From NCBI GenBank assembly GCA_963667175.2, contig CAXXXF010000014.1, forward strand, positions 256,001-320,000: 64,000 nucleotides of DNA, given 5' to 3'. The notes under the pieces are model-generated. The model was not told the origin of the DNA and made no database searches. It saw only the letters and a program-made list of their open reading frames with translations. The position numbers and the translations under genes are program-made. Below are positions 40,502-52,405 of the stretch, in pieces. The stretch is from Candidatus Latescibacterota bacterium. GTDB taxonomy: Bacteria; Latescibacterota; UBA2968; GCA-2709665. How positions within the stretch are numbered: the first letter of the stretch is position 1; every line of letters begins with the position of its first letter.

Positions 40502-42666
40502 ATCATGCCCCGCCTGCGCCGGGCCGTCCACTCCGCGCCAAGCAGCAGGATGAGAACGAATAGCGGCCATGGTTTCCCCCAGAGCCGGGTCCGGTACGAT
40601 TCGGCTACCGGCTGGGGGGCCAGTTCGAGATCGTTCAGAACCGAGTCCAGACGGTCGGGCGACGCAAAGACGCCACCGCTTTGCACGGCCAGACCCTCCA
40701 GAAGATCCCGGTTCATTCGCATGTCTTCATACTCCAGGCTGTACCGGCCCACGGTGAACCGCCCGGCGCCGCTTCCAAGGTCGATGCCGCCCATGCGGGC
40801 TCGCGCTTCAAATCCATAGTCGCCCTGGGCGCCCGCTTTCAGTTGCCCGCGGTACCTACCCTGGCCTTCATCGTCCAACACGGTTTGCCGCACGCGGTCC
40901 CCGTCCACGACAGAGACCGACACGCGAGCGCCTTCCTGCGGCCGGAGCAATTCGTTGAAAACACGGGCGTGAAACGTGACCGGAGCACCGCTGCGATAGA
41001 CCGGTTTGTCCACTTCCACCTGTATGCGGGCTACGTCCTCCCGCTTTGTCAGCCACTGAACCGAATTCGCCCAGAACGCCTTCGACGCCTCGTCGTTCCT
41101 GCCGACACCCCACGTCATGAGACCGAGACGCCAGAACGTCCTGACCGTCACGGCCATCACCTTGCCCGCGCCCGCGCGACACACGGCAACCAGAGGCATC
41201 TTTTCCCGGCCGGCGCGTTCGACCGGATGAAATATCAGGGTTTCGGCATTCGGTCGCCGACCCTCGTTGAGGTTGCACGCCAGAAGCGGAGGAAGATCGC
41301 TCCAGGCCTGCCGGTCCGTCAAGGGGTCGTCCGAGACCCTGAGAATCGGATGCAAGGGTCCGGACCGCGGCACTTCGAGCCGGAATGACGCCTCACGATA
41401 CGTAATCTCGTCCGGAGAGCACAGGACCGGCAGCACCCGCGCCAAGGGCGACCGCGCGTATGCCCCGTTGAATCCGTCCCGTCCGCCCACCACGAGCAGG
41501 GCGCCTCCCGATTCCACGTATTCGGCCAGCCGACGGCCCGGCTGCCCCAGGAGCATCTCCCCGGGCAGATCGAAGAGGACGACGAGTTCCGACTCCCCGG
41601 CATCGCTCAACGCCGTCCGCATCCGATAGGGCCGATCCTCCGGCATTAGGGCAATGTGCGCGTCCATCTGCAGATTCTCGTTGGCCTCCAGCAAACGGCG
41701 CAGATAGGCAAGGTCGGCGTCCGGAGAACCTGCAACCATCAGAACCCGCAGACGGTTCTCCAAAACTTCCGCCGATACGACGGCGGTATTGTTCGCCCTG
41801 GAGCGTTCCGCCGGCTGCGCGGGGAGTTTCACTTCGTACACAGACCGTCCGGCCCTGTCCGGCGATACACGAAAGCGGACCTCCTGCTCGCCGTCCGTCA
41901 GCGTGACCGGCGCCTCCGCCAACCGGCGCCCGTCCTCTTCGACAACCAGAAAGGACGTTGCGCCTTCACATCCGCTCGATTTCAGTCCGACCGAAATCGA
42001 CAGCGGCCGCCCGACGTAACCCATCGGATCGCACACGGCGGACACGATTGCCGCATCCTTCGGCGCGTCCGCGTTCCCCACGCCCACCGCAATTACCGGG
42101 GCGCCCAGCGCGAGCGCGGCCCCTTCCGGCCTCGCCCCCAGGTTGTGAGCCCCGTCGGAGATCAACACCGCCGCGACCAGTCCTTCGCCGGCCGTCTCTT
42201 CTCGCAGCATATTCAGCGCGGCGGCCAGGTCGGTTGCCCGCCCGTCGAAGCGCAGCGAATCCAGGCTCGATGGCGGCACGGGCGCGGTCCATTCGGAGAA
42301 GCGATACCTGGCCACCCGGGCACGCGACGCCAGCGCTTCGAACGTACCGCTCTTCAGGAGGTCCATCGCACGGTCGCCGCGCGTCCGCCCGCCGTCCTCG
42401 ATCCGCATGCTCTCGCTTTCGTCCACCAGTACGGCCACGAGCGGCTTGCGTTCGCGCCGCATCGTGAGCGCAAGGACGGGTTCCATCATCAGCACCAGCA
42501 GAAGAAGAAACGCCGTGCACCGCAATACCAGCAACCAGCGTACCAAGCGAAATTCCTGTTTTCTGGCGCGGTACGCCTGCCAGACCAGGTATATGCAGGC
42601 CGGTACCAGCAGACCCAGCCACAATCCGTCGCGCAAACTCAGATCCAGATCTGACAACCGGAACAT
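40498..42666 (-). CDS. Membrane protein with vWA and glutamine-amidotransferase-like domains
   Basis: N-terminal TMs, LVDESESM MIDAS-like motif, LISDGAHN, GGALLVVGG and C-terminal EWTARRRRG. Confidence 0.75.
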   Translation of the reverse strand: MFRLSDLDLSLRDGLWLGLLVPACIYLVWQAYRARKQEFRLVRWLLVLRCTAFLLLLVLMMEPVLALTMRRERKPLVAVLVDESESMRIEDGGRTRGDRAMDLLKSGTFEALASRARVARYRFSEWTAPVPPSSLDSLRFDGRATDLAAALNMLREETAGEGLVAAVLISDGAHNLGARPEGAALALGAPVIAVGVGNADAPKDAAIVSAVCDPMGYVGRPLSISVGLKSSGCEGATSFLVVEEDGRRLAEAPVTLTDGEQEVRFRVSPDRAGRSVYEVKLPAQPAERSRANNTAVVSAEVLENRLRVLMVAGSPDADLAYLRRLLEANENLQMDAHIALMPEDRPYRMRTALSDAGESELVVLFDLPGEMLLGQPGRRLAEYVESGGALLVVGGRDGFNGAYARSPLARVLPVLCSPDEITYREASFRLEVPRSGPLHPILRVSDDPLTDRQAWSDLPPLLACNLNEGRRPNAETLIFHPVERAGREKMPLVAVCRAGAGKVMAVTVRTFWRLGLMTWGVGRNDEASKAFWANSVQWLTKREDVARIQVEVDKPVYRSGAPVTFHARVFNELLRPQEGARVSVSVVDGDRVRQTVLDDEGQGRYRGQLKAGAQGDYGFEARARMGGIDLGSGAGRFTVGRYSLEYEDMRMNRDLLEGLAVQSGGVFASPDRLDSVLNDLELAPQPVAESYRTRLWGKPWPLFVLILLLGAEWTARRRRGMI

Positions 42667-42696
42667 AGGGAACTCATCGTGTCGCGTGAGGCCGGG

Positions 42697-43752
42697 TCAG
42701 GTCAGCTTCATTCTGGGATCGGCATCCAGGTCCCGCCCCGACCGCTCGCCTCTGCCCAGCCGGAACCCTCCTGCGCAGGCGATCATCGCCGCATTGTCCG
42801 TACACAGGACCGGCGGCGGAAAACAGACCTCGGCGCCGAAGTCGCGGGCGGCGTGCCGCATCTCTTCCCGCAGCCGCCGATTCGCCGCCACGCCCCCCGT
42901 CAGCAGAATCCGTCTCAGACCCAGGGCGCGCGCGGCCTTTATGGTCTTTTCCACGAGAACGTCGACAACCGCGGCCTGAAAACTGGCCGCTATGTCCGCG
43001 CGTTCCGCAGCCGCATCGGCATCGGACCGGCTTTTCAGGTGGTACAGTACCGAAGTCTTGATCCCGCTGAAGCTGAACTCGAATCCCTCCCGATGCCGGA
43101 GCCCTCGCGGAAACGCAAACGCGTCGGCGTCACCCCGTTCCGCCAGTTCGGCAATGACCGGGCCGCCCATGGTCGTTTCGCCGGCCTTCAGCATGCCCAG
43201 CATCTTCGCGACCTTGTCGAAGGCTTCCCCTGCCGCGTCGTCCCTCGTTTCGCCGCGGATTTCGTACAAACCCCACCGGCGCACGTGGATCAACTGGGTA
43301 TGGCCGCCGGAAATCACCAGGGCGAGAAAGGGCGGGCACAGGTCGGGTTCCGCCAGCAGTCCCGCGAAGAGATGTCCCTCGATATGATGTACGCCGATCA
43401 GCGGACGTCCGCTTCCAAGCGCCATCCCCCTGGCAGCTGAGATACCCACGAGAAGACACCCGACGAGACCCGGCCCACGGGTGACCGCGATGCCGCCGAG
43501 GTCGTCCAGCCCGATTCCGGCCTGATCCAGGGCTTCTCGTACAACCGGCAAGATCTTGCGCACGTGGTTCCGCGACGCCAGTTCGGGAACGACACCGCCG
43601 TACAGGCTGTGCTCCGTTTGTGAAAAGATGATATTCGACAGAATACGGCCACCGGCAACGACCGCGGCAGCCGTTTCGTCACACGACGTCTCGATGCCGA
43701 GTACAGGACGATCCCATGCGGGCTGAACGGAGTCCCTGGATTGATCAGACAT
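42697..43752 (-). CDS. tsaD: tRNA N6-threonylcarbamoyltransferase TsaD
   Basis: LGIETSCDET, GGVVPELASRNH, HHIEGH, SGGHT, DDAAGEAFDK and CTDNAAMI. Confidence 0.96.
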   Translation of the reverse strand: MSDQSRDSVQPAWDRPVLGIETSCDETAAAVVAGGRILSNIIFSQTEHSLYGGVVPELASRNHVRKILPVVREALDQAGIGLDDLGGIAVTRGPGLVGCLLVGISAARGMALGSGRPLIGVHHIEGHLFAGLLAEPDLCPPFLALVISGGHTQLIHVRRWGLYEIRGETRDDAAGEAFDKVAKMLGMLKAGETTMGGPVIAELAERGDADAFAFPRGLRHREGFEFSFSGIKTSVLYHLKSRSDADAAAERADIAASFQAAVVDVLVEKTIKAARALGLRRILLTGGVAANRRLREEMRHAARDFGAEVCFPPPVLCTDNAAMIACAGGFRLGRGERSGRDLDADPRMKLT

Positions 43753-43997
43753 CTGGGCGTTAGAGAATCAAAGGGAGGCGGAAATAAGACACCACCCCCG
43801 CTGATCAGGGGATGGTCCCGCGCGAGGTGGAAAAAAATGAAATCCGGTTGAAAGAAACTTTCAAGAGATGAGCCAGCGTCCGGTGGCAGCGAGTCACCGG
43901 GGCCGCGAAGAATCCGTCCGCCGTCCTGGATATCGGATCTATCGGCGCCGGACGCGCGATGCGAGACCCTCAAGTGGGACGCGGCCGCATGTCCGGG

Positions 43998-44189
43998 TTA
44001 TTTGTACGACTCGGCGACGTTTCTTCCCATGCTGATCTCGCCGTTATCGATGCGCAGATTGAACCCGCAGTCCGGGCTGCTGCAAACCCAGGCCTTATAG
44101 TGAATGGGCGCGCCGTCGCGCCCGTAGTCGGACAGCGGCAGCAAAACACCCCTATCGCACTTCAGACACCGCGGCAGTTGATTTTCCAT
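43998..44189 (-). CDS. Small zinc-ribbon-like conserved hypothetical protein
   Basis: CLKC...WVCSSPDCGFNLRIDNG; GGAGG RBS. Confidence 0.65.
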   Translation of the reverse strand: MENQLPRCLKCDRGVLLPLSDYGRDGAPIHYKAWVCSSPDCGFNLRIDNGEISMGRNVAESYK

Positions 44190-44562
44190 CCTGACCCTCC
44201 CCTCCACGTGATTTGCGGCTCCTCCCGTAATGGGCCGCCAGGTACCGCGTATCCGCTCCGCACGACGTGAAAATACGCTGCGGCAAAGTGGATCGTTGAC
44301 GCCGGAAACGACTGGCCCACTTTATATTAACAGACATGCAAAATTACGTAAACGAGGCGTTAAAGTCAAATAATTCTCTTCGAAATCGTCACGGGAGCCG
44401 GTCGGTCGAAACCGATTGACAATGGGTTCCGCCATGCGTATCCTTAACCCGCCTTTGCAACGGCATTATTCTCGAAATTCCTTGCGGCAGGCAACGGCGT
44501 GCCGCAACGGGTCTCTGCCGACCCCCTTTCTCCCGGCGACCGTCCGCCTGTCTCTATCCTCT

Positions 44563-46266
44563 ATGTCATACAACGCCCAAAATCCACTCATCGTGCAGAG
44601 CGATATGACCGTTCTCGCGGAGGTCGGCGGACCGCGGTACGAAGCCGCACGGGACGTTCTGGCCCGCTTCGCCGAGCTGGAAAAAAGCCCCGAGTATATC
44701 CACAGCTACCGCATCAGCCCGCTTTCGCTCTGGAACGCCGCCGCCGCGGGGCTCACGGCCGACGAAATCACGGGCGCTCTGGAGTCCTTCAGCAAATACG
44801 AAATCCCTCAGAACGTCTCCGTTGAAATCCGGGAGACGATGGGGCGGTACGGCCGGATTCGCCTGGAGCGGTCCGGGAAAAATCTCGTCCTCTCCGCCGA
44901 CGATCCGCTGCTCATCACCGAAATCTGCCGGCACAAGTCGGTACGGCCGTATCTGAACCGGAGGATCGACGAGCGGCGCCTCAAAATCGACCTGCTGTAC
45001 CGGGGCCACCTGAAACAGGCGCTTACCCGCATCGGCTTTCCCGTCAAGGACCTCGCCGGGTACGTGCCCGGCCGGCGCCTGACGCTGCAGCGGCGCGCGA
45101 ACACCCTGGCCGGCGCGCCGTTTCACCTGCGCGACTACCAGCGGGAGGCCCTGGAAATCTTCCACGCCGGCGGCGGACCGGAGGGCGGCAGCGGGGTGGT
45201 GGTGCTTCCCTGCGGCGCGGGCAAGACCATCGTCGGCATCGCCGCGCTCGAACGCCTGCAGACGCAGGCGCTCATCCTCACCACCAACGTTACCGCCTCG
45301 CGACAATGGAAAGCGGAACTCCTGGACAAGACGGATCTGAAGCCGGACCAGATCGGCGAATACTCCGGGGAGGTCAAAGAGATCCGCCCCATCACCGTCG
45401 CAACGTACAATATCCTCACCTACAGGAAGAAGAGGGGCGATGCGTTTCCCCACTTCGCCATCTTCAACCAGGGAAACTGGGGCATCATCATCTACGACGA
45501 GGTCCATCTGCTTCCCGCGCCGGTCTTCCGCTTTACCGCCGAACTGCAGGCGAGACGCCGGCTGGGCCTCACCGCCACGCTTGTGCGCGAGGACGGCCTG
45601 GAAGCGGACGTTTTCAGCCTGATCGGCCCGAAACGCTTCGACGTGCCCTGGCGAGACCTGGAGTCCCGGGGCTGGATCGCCACCGCGGAGTGCCGTGAAA
45701 TCCGCCTTCCCTTGCCCCAGGACCTGCGCCTGGACTATGCCGTTGCCGGGGGCCGCGGAAAATTCCGGATTGCGTCCGAGAATCCGTCCAAAATCCCACT
45801 GGCCAAACAGCTCATCCGGAAACACGACAAGGACCAGATCCTGGTGATCGGCAAGTACGTCGACCAGGTAGAAACCTTCGCCAGAGAACTGAATGCGCCC
45901 GTAATCACCGGCAAGACGCCCAGCGAGGATCGCGACCTGCTCTACGATCGCTTCCGGAAAGGGGAATTACGGCTGATGGTCGTTTCCAAGGTGGCCAATT
46001 TCGCCGTCGACCTGCCGGACGCCAACGTGGCCATCCAGATTTCGGGCACGTTCGGTTCCCGGCAGGAAGAGGCCCAGCGGCTGGGGCGCATCCTGCGGCC
46101 GAAGGCCAACGGCAGCCTCGCCCATTTCTACACCCTGGTTACCCGGGACACCCGGGAACTGGAGTTCGCGCGCAAGCGCCAGATGTTTCTCACCGAACAG
46201 GGTTACCGGTATTCCATTCGGGACGCCGCCGATGTCTTCGAGGGATCCGGCGCCGCTCCGGTCTGA
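44563..46266 (+). CDS. XPB/Ssl2-like DNA repair helicase
   Basis: NPLIVQSD, FAELEKSPEYIHSYRI, VLPCGAGKT, YDEVH, LGLTATL and GSRQEEAQRLGRILR. Confidence 0.92.
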   Translation: MSYNAQNPLIVQSDMTVLAEVGGPRYEAARDVLARFAELEKSPEYIHSYRISPLSLWNAAAAGLTADEITGALESFSKYEIPQNVSVEIRETMGRYGRIRLERSGKNLVLSADDPLLITEICRHKSVRPYLNRRIDERRLKIDLLYRGHLKQALTRIGFPVKDLAGYVPGRRLTLQRRANTLAGAPFHLRDYQREALEIFHAGGGPEGGSGVVVLPCGAGKTIVGIAALERLQTQALILTTNVTASRQWKAELLDKTDLKPDQIGEYSGEVKEIRPITVATYNILTYRKKRGDAFPHFAIFNQGNWGIIIYDEVHLLPAPVFRFTAELQARRRLGLTATLVREDGLEADVFSLIGPKRFDVPWRDLESRGWIATAECREIRLPLPQDLRLDYAVAGGRGKFRIASENPSKIPLAKQLIRKHDKDQILVIGKYVDQVETFARELNAPVITGKTPSEDRDLLYDRFRKGELRLMVVSKVANFAVDLPDANVAIQISGTFGSRQEEAQRLGRILRPKANGSLAHFYTLVTRDTRELEFARKRQMFLTEQGYRYSIRDAADVFEGSGAAPV

Positions 46267-47107
46267 CCGTTCCGAAGCCGCCGCCTTCCGCGCGGGCCTG
46301 CAGATCACGCGCCCCCAGAACTGGGTGATCACCTTTGCCTCGGTGCTGATGGGCGGGTGGCTGGGGGTACACGCGTTGCCCGCGCCGCTCTGGATCGCCG
46401 CACTCTCCGCGGCGGCCGTCATGGCCGGCGGCAATGCGCTCAACGATCTGTGGGACCTGGAATCCGATCGCGTCAATCACCCTCACAGGCCCCTTCCGTC
46501 CGGCCGCCTGACCCCCCGCGCCGCCGGCATTGCGTGCATTGCCCTCTTCTCATTCGGCCTCGGCCTGAGCGTTCTCCTGCCACGCGAAGCCATCGCCGCC
46601 GCGGCCTGCGCGTGCGGATGCCTCGTCGTCTATAATCGCCGGCTGAAACACGTCCCGCTGGCGGGTAACGTCGCGGTGAGCCTCCTGTGCGGTCTGGCTT
46701 TCTTCTACGGCGGGTTCGCCGCGGGGGCGCCCCTGCCCGCCGCCGTTCCCGCCCTGTTTGCAGCCTTCTACCACCTCGGCCGGGAAATTCTCAAAGACGC
46801 TCAGGATATCCCGGGAGACCGAATGGCGCCCGGCGGCACCCTGCCCATGCGCTGGGGGCCGGCCAGGTCCTGCCGTCTTGCCGCCGGCGCATTCGCGCTC
46901 GTGGTTCTCCTCACGCCGGTCCCGTATTTGCTGGACATTTACGGCCTCCCGTATCTCATCCTGGTTTCCCTGCTCGACGTCCTGCTGATTGGTGTCATGG
47001 TCTCCATCCTGCGCGTCCCGGACACCCGACGGCTCCGGTTGATCAACCGATTTCTGAAGGCTGGCATGATGCTCGGGCTGCTGGCCATCCTCGCCGGCGC
47101 GCTGTGA
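46232..47107 (+). CDS. UbiA prenyltransferase, DGGGP-synthase-like subfamily
   Basis: RPQN, GGNALNDLWDLESDRVNHPHRPLPSG, YNRRLK..LAGN and REILKDAQDIPGD. Confidence 0.8.
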   Translation: MSSRDPAPLRSDRSEAAAFRAGLQITRPQNWVITFASVLMGGWLGVHALPAPLWIAALSAAAVMAGGNALNDLWDLESDRVNHPHRPLPSGRLTPRAAGIACIALFSFGLGLSVLLPREAIAAAACACGCLVVYNRRLKHVPLAGNVAVSLLCGLAFFYGGFAAGAPLPAAVPALFAAFYHLGREILKDAQDIPGDRMAPGGTLPMRWGPARSCRLAAGAFALVVLLTPVPYLLDIYGLPYLILVSLLDVLLIGVMVSILRVPDTRRLRLINRFLKAGMMLGLLAILAGAL

Positions 47108-47242
47108 CGCGCAGCAACCCGCCTTCCGCGCGCAAATAGCATCTCCTTCCTGACCGCCGACCCGGGCGAGAGACTTGCATCTGCCTCAAGTCGTTGATTA
47201 TATTGGTCCCACTACAAAGCCAGGTTCAATAAAGCGGCCTGA

Positions 47243-49249
<2,007 letters not shown>

Positions 49250-49327
49250 CAACCTGCGAAAGCCCGTCGCAGACCGCTCGACGGATTGTAATCCCCGGAC
49301 CGGAGCTCCCGACTCAGGCCTTTTCGC

Positions 49328-49356
49328 TTGACAGAAAACCGACGCTTTGTTACACT
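49328..49356 (+). promoter_or_regulatory. Sigma70 promoter of tRNA-Ala
   Basis: TTGACA-17 bp-TACACT with an extended -10 TG. Confidence 0.75.
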
Positions 49357-49377
49357 TCCACCACATTGCCCAGCGGT

Positions 49378-49453
49378 GGGGCTGTAGCTCAGCTGGGAGA
49401 GCGCATGACTGGCAGTCATGAGGTCGTCGGTTCGATCCCGATCAGCTCCACCA
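49378..49453 (+). tRNA. tRNA-Ala (GGC)
   Basis: GGGGCTG/CAGCTCC acceptor stem with G3:U70; anticodon arm CATGA-CTGGCAG-TCATG; GGTTCGATCCC T-arm; encoded CCA; 76 nt. Confidence 0.97.
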
Positions 49454-49462
49454 TGAAATCAG

Positions 49463-49503
49463 AAACAGGCTTGCGCCACGCGGCGCAAGCCTGTTTTGGT
49501 TTT
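49463..49503 (+). terminator. Intrinsic terminator after the tRNA
   Basis: AAACAGGCTTGCGCC-ACGC-GGCGCAAGCCTGTTT followed by T-rich sequence. Confidence 0.8.
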
Positions 49504-49510
49504 GGTGATG

Positions 49511-49559
49511 CCCTCACCCGACGTTGCGCGTCACCCTCTCCCAGAGGGAGAGGGTATGA
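49511..49559. repeat. REP-like element with a near-identical copy inside hsdM (50461-50509)
   Basis: CCCTCACCCGACGTTGCGCGTCACCCTCTCCCAGAGGGAGAGGGTATGA; 3 mismatches over 49 bp versus the intragenic copy. Confidence 0.85.
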
Positions 49560-49758
49560 TTGGGGAGGAGGTGAACCGGTGGAGGAATTCGGCATGTCAG
49601 CGCGTACTCGCCGCTTAGTGTCGCGAATCGCGACAGTTGTACGTATACGATCCCGGTTTCAATTAACCTGTTTTACGTTGACTGAAATTCCTGCGTGGTA
49701 TACTTTAAAGGTGTACATTAGATCAGCTAAGGAATGGTAAACCGGGGAGCTATACACG

Positions 49759-51399
49759 ATGGCGAAGGGTCGACGAAAAAAGACCAGGACGGATGCCGAA
49801 TCCAGCGAAGCTACGGATTTCCGATCCAAACTATGGGCGATGGCAGACGCGTTGCGGGGCAGCATGGACGCCGCCGAATACAAGCACGTCGTCCTGGGTC
49901 TGATCTTCCTCAAGTACATTTCGGACGCGTTCGAGGAAGCCCATGCCAGGCTCGTGGAAGAAATCGCTGAAGGAGCAGACCCGGAAGACCCTGACGAGTA
50001 TCGCGCCCAGAGCATCTTCTGGGTGCCGCCGGAAGCGCGTTGGAAACAGCTTCAGGCGCAGGCGCGGCAACCAGCCATCGGACGTGCGGTTGACGATGCA
50101 ATGGCCGCCATAGAACGGGATAATCCCGTGCTCAAGGACGTCTTGCCAAAGGACTATGCCCGTCCCAACCTGGACAAGACTCGCCTGGGGCAGGTGGTGG
50201 ACCTGGTTACCAACATTAACGTGGGCGGGGCAAAAGCCCGGGCGACGGACGTGCTCGGAAGCGTCTACGAGTACTTCCTGGAGCAATTCGCACTGGCTGA
50301 GGGCCGGAAGGGCGGCGAGTTTTACACCCCGCGCTCGGTAGTGCGTCTGCTGGTTGAGATGCTGGAACCCTACAAGGGGCGGGTCTACGACCCGTGTTGC
50401 GGCTCCTCGGGGATGTTCGTTCAGTCGATGGCGTTCATTGACGCCCATACCGGTGGGATACCCTCACCCGACGCTACGCGTCACCCTCTCCCAAAGGGAG
50501 AGGGTATGACTGTAGATAAGGCAGGCGGCGGAAGGGGCGATATCTCTATCTACGGACAGGAGTCCAACTACACCACCTGGCGAATGGCAAGGATGAACCT
50601 CGCGATTCGCGGCATCGACGGCCGAATCGAGCACGGGGACAGCTTCCACAACGACCGGCATCCGGACATGAAGGCCGACTACATCCTCGCCAATCCGCCC
50701 TTCAACGTGTCGGACTGGGGCGGCGACAGGTTGCGCGAGGACAGACGGTGGGAATTTGGCGTCCCACCCGCAGGTAACGCGAATTTTGCGTGGGTGCAGC
50801 ACTTCCTTTCTCACCTTGCGCCGCGCGGCATCGCCGGCTTCGTACTGGCCAACGGCTCCATGTCGTCCAACCAGTCGAACGAGGGGGAAATCCGGAAGAA
50901 TATCATCGAGGCCAACCTCGTGGACTGCATCGTCGCCCTGCCCGGCCAACTCTTCCGGTCGACGCAGATCCCCGCGTGTCTGTGGTTTCTGTCAAGGGCG
51001 CCCTCACCCGGGGGAGGCGCGAGGGTGCGCGGTGGCGAAACCCTCTTCATCGACGCCCGAAAGCTGGGTCATCTGGTCGACCGGACGCACAGGGACCTCT
51101 CGCCGGAAGACATCGCCCGGGTCGCGGACACCTACCACGCCTGGCAAAACGGAGAGGGCTACGACGACGTTCCAGGGTTCTGCAAGAGCGCATCGCTCGA
51201 AAAGATCCGTAAACACGGCCACGTCCTCACGCCCGGCCGCTACGTCGGCGCTAAGCCGCAGCCGGAAGATGGTGAACCCTTTGAGGAGAAGATGTCCCGT
51301 CTCGCGAAGCAGTGGCGCGAACAGCAGGTCGAGGCCGCAAAGCTGGATGCCGCTATTGAGAAGAATCTGAGAAAGCTTGGCTTTGGAGACGATCGATGA
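49759..51399 (+). CDS. hsdM: Type I restriction-modification methyltransferase subunit M
   Basis: [53 protein letters not shown] and VLTPGRYVG. Confidence 0.95.
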   Translation: MAKGRRKKTRTDAESSEATDFRSKLWAMADALRGSMDAAEYKHVVLGLIFLKYISDAFEEAHARLVEEIAEGADPEDPDEYRAQSIFWVPPEARWKQLQAQARQPAIGRAVDDAMAAIERDNPVLKDVLPKDYARPNLDKTRLGQVVDLVTNINVGGAKARATDVLGSVYEYFLEQFALAEGRKGGEFYTPRSVVRLLVEMLEPYKGRVYDPCCGSSGMFVQSMAFIDAHTGGIPSPDATRHPLPKGEGMTVDKAGGGRGDISIYGQESNYTTWRMARMNLAIRGIDGRIEHGDSFHNDRHPDMKADYILANPPFNVSDWGGDRLREDRRWEFGVPPAGNANFAWVQHFLSHLAPRGIAGFVLANGSMSSNQSNEGEIRKNIIEANLVDCIVALPGQLFRSTQIPACLWFLSRAPSPGGGARVRGGETLFIDARKLGHLVDRTHRDLSPEDIARVADTYHAWQNGEGYDDVPGFCKSASLEKIRKHGHVLTPGRYVGAKPQPEDGEPFEEKMSRLAKQWREQQVEAAKLDAAIEKNLRKLGFGDDR

Positions 51400-51614
51400 C
51401 CTACACTGACGATGAGATCAAACGCCAACTTCGTCTGGGCGAGGACAGCCAGTGGGAGTTCAAACGGAACGAATTTTCCGGGAACCGGCTGCGAAATCCT
51501 GGCCGCGATGATTGGGCCGACGAGATCGCCGCCTTTGCCAACTCGAACGACGGCACACTGCTTTATGGCGTCACTGACGCGGGGGATATTCAGGGCATGT
51601 CGCGCGAGCATTGA
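51396..51614 (+). pseudogene. Truncated copy of the AlbA_2/Schlafen-like gene
   Basis: [44 protein letters not shown] matches the first ~72 aa of 52406-54148. Confidence 0.85.
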
Positions 51615-51674
51615 GAAAGGCCGTCGGAAAAAGAACCGGCACGGGTCAACCCGGCAACGCAAAAGGAGGTCAAG

Positions 51675-51944
51675 ATGTCTGTCCAGAACTATCGGCCCGG
51701 GGAAATTTCCAGTCTGGGCAAGTCTATCTATCAGGAAAAGATCAAGCATCTGGTGGAACCTCAGGAAAATGGGAAGTTCATCGTCATCGACGTGGAAAGC
51801 GGCGAATACGAGATAGACGAACAAGACGTGGTCGCCTCAAGCCGGCTGCGAGAGCGTCGGCCCAACGCCGTTACCTATGGGGTCATCATCGGCTATCGCG
51901 TCGCGTACAGCCTCGGGGGAAGAATCGAGGCTACTGATGATTAG
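51675..51944 (+). CDS. Small protein (DUF5678-like), partner of a clan AA protease
   Basis: GKSIYQEKIK..GKFIVIDVESGEYEID..RLRERRP..IGY; AGGAGG RBS; overlaps the next gene. Confidence 0.7.
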   Translation: MSVQNYRPGEISSLGKSIYQEKIKHLVEPQENGKFIVIDVESGEYEIDEQDVVASSRLRERRPNAVTYGVIIGYRVAYSLGGRIEATDD

Positions 51945-52314
51945 GGGACGAGTAAGCCGTCGTCTGCGCGTCCGACTGCCTATTGAGTTAATTCTCAACG
52001 ACGCCTCTGTCCGATCTGTAGAAGTTGGCCTGGATACGGGGTTTACGGGTGATTTGACATTACCCTCAGAGGTAATACGGCAATGCGGAATGACACCGGA
52101 AGGTGAACGCTCGGTGGTCTTGGCCAACGGCGACGAGGTACATCTGAGGGTCTGGCAAGGCACGACACTCTGGCATGAGAGGCCGTGCCGGGTCAGGGTA
52201 TTCCAAGCGGAGGGTGAACCCTTGCTGGGCATGAACCTGCTACGGGGTAGCCGGGTTACTTTGGACGCTCTGGTCGGCGGTAACGTGGTCATAGAGGAAC
52301 TCGACAGAATGTGA
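51937..52314 (+). CDS. Clan AA (retroviral-like) aspartic protease
   Basis: [12 protein letters not shown] catalytic motif, LANG and PLLGMNLL. Confidence 0.85.
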   Translation: MIRGRVSRRLRVRLPIELILNDASVRSVEVGLDTGFTGDLTLPSEVIRQCGMTPEGERSVVLANGDEVHLRVWQGTTLWHERPCRVRVFQAEGEPLLGMNLLRGSRVTLDALVGGNVVIEELDRM

Positions 52315-52405
52315 ACGGCGAATGGCGCGAACAACAGGCGGAGGCCGCAAAGCTGGATGCTGCGATTGCGGTAAATCTCAAAAAGCTTGGCTTTGGAGAC
52401 GATCG

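Noticed and set aside
43770-43990. Possible structured ncRNA between tsaD and the zinc-ribbon gene
   Set aside because: GC-rich stems are possible, but no tmRNA, RNase P, SRP, 6S or riboswitch consensus was recognised; an Infernal/Rfam search is needed.
44563-46266. Helicase as part of a BREX/DISARM-type defence system
   Set aside because: It is a typical bacterial XPB-like helicase among housekeeping genes, with no defence partners adjacent.
49378-49453. tRNA-Ala as the attachment site of an integrated island
   Set aside because: No integrase follows the tRNA and no duplicated tRNA 3' end was found in the window; an attR beyond 64000 cannot be excluded.
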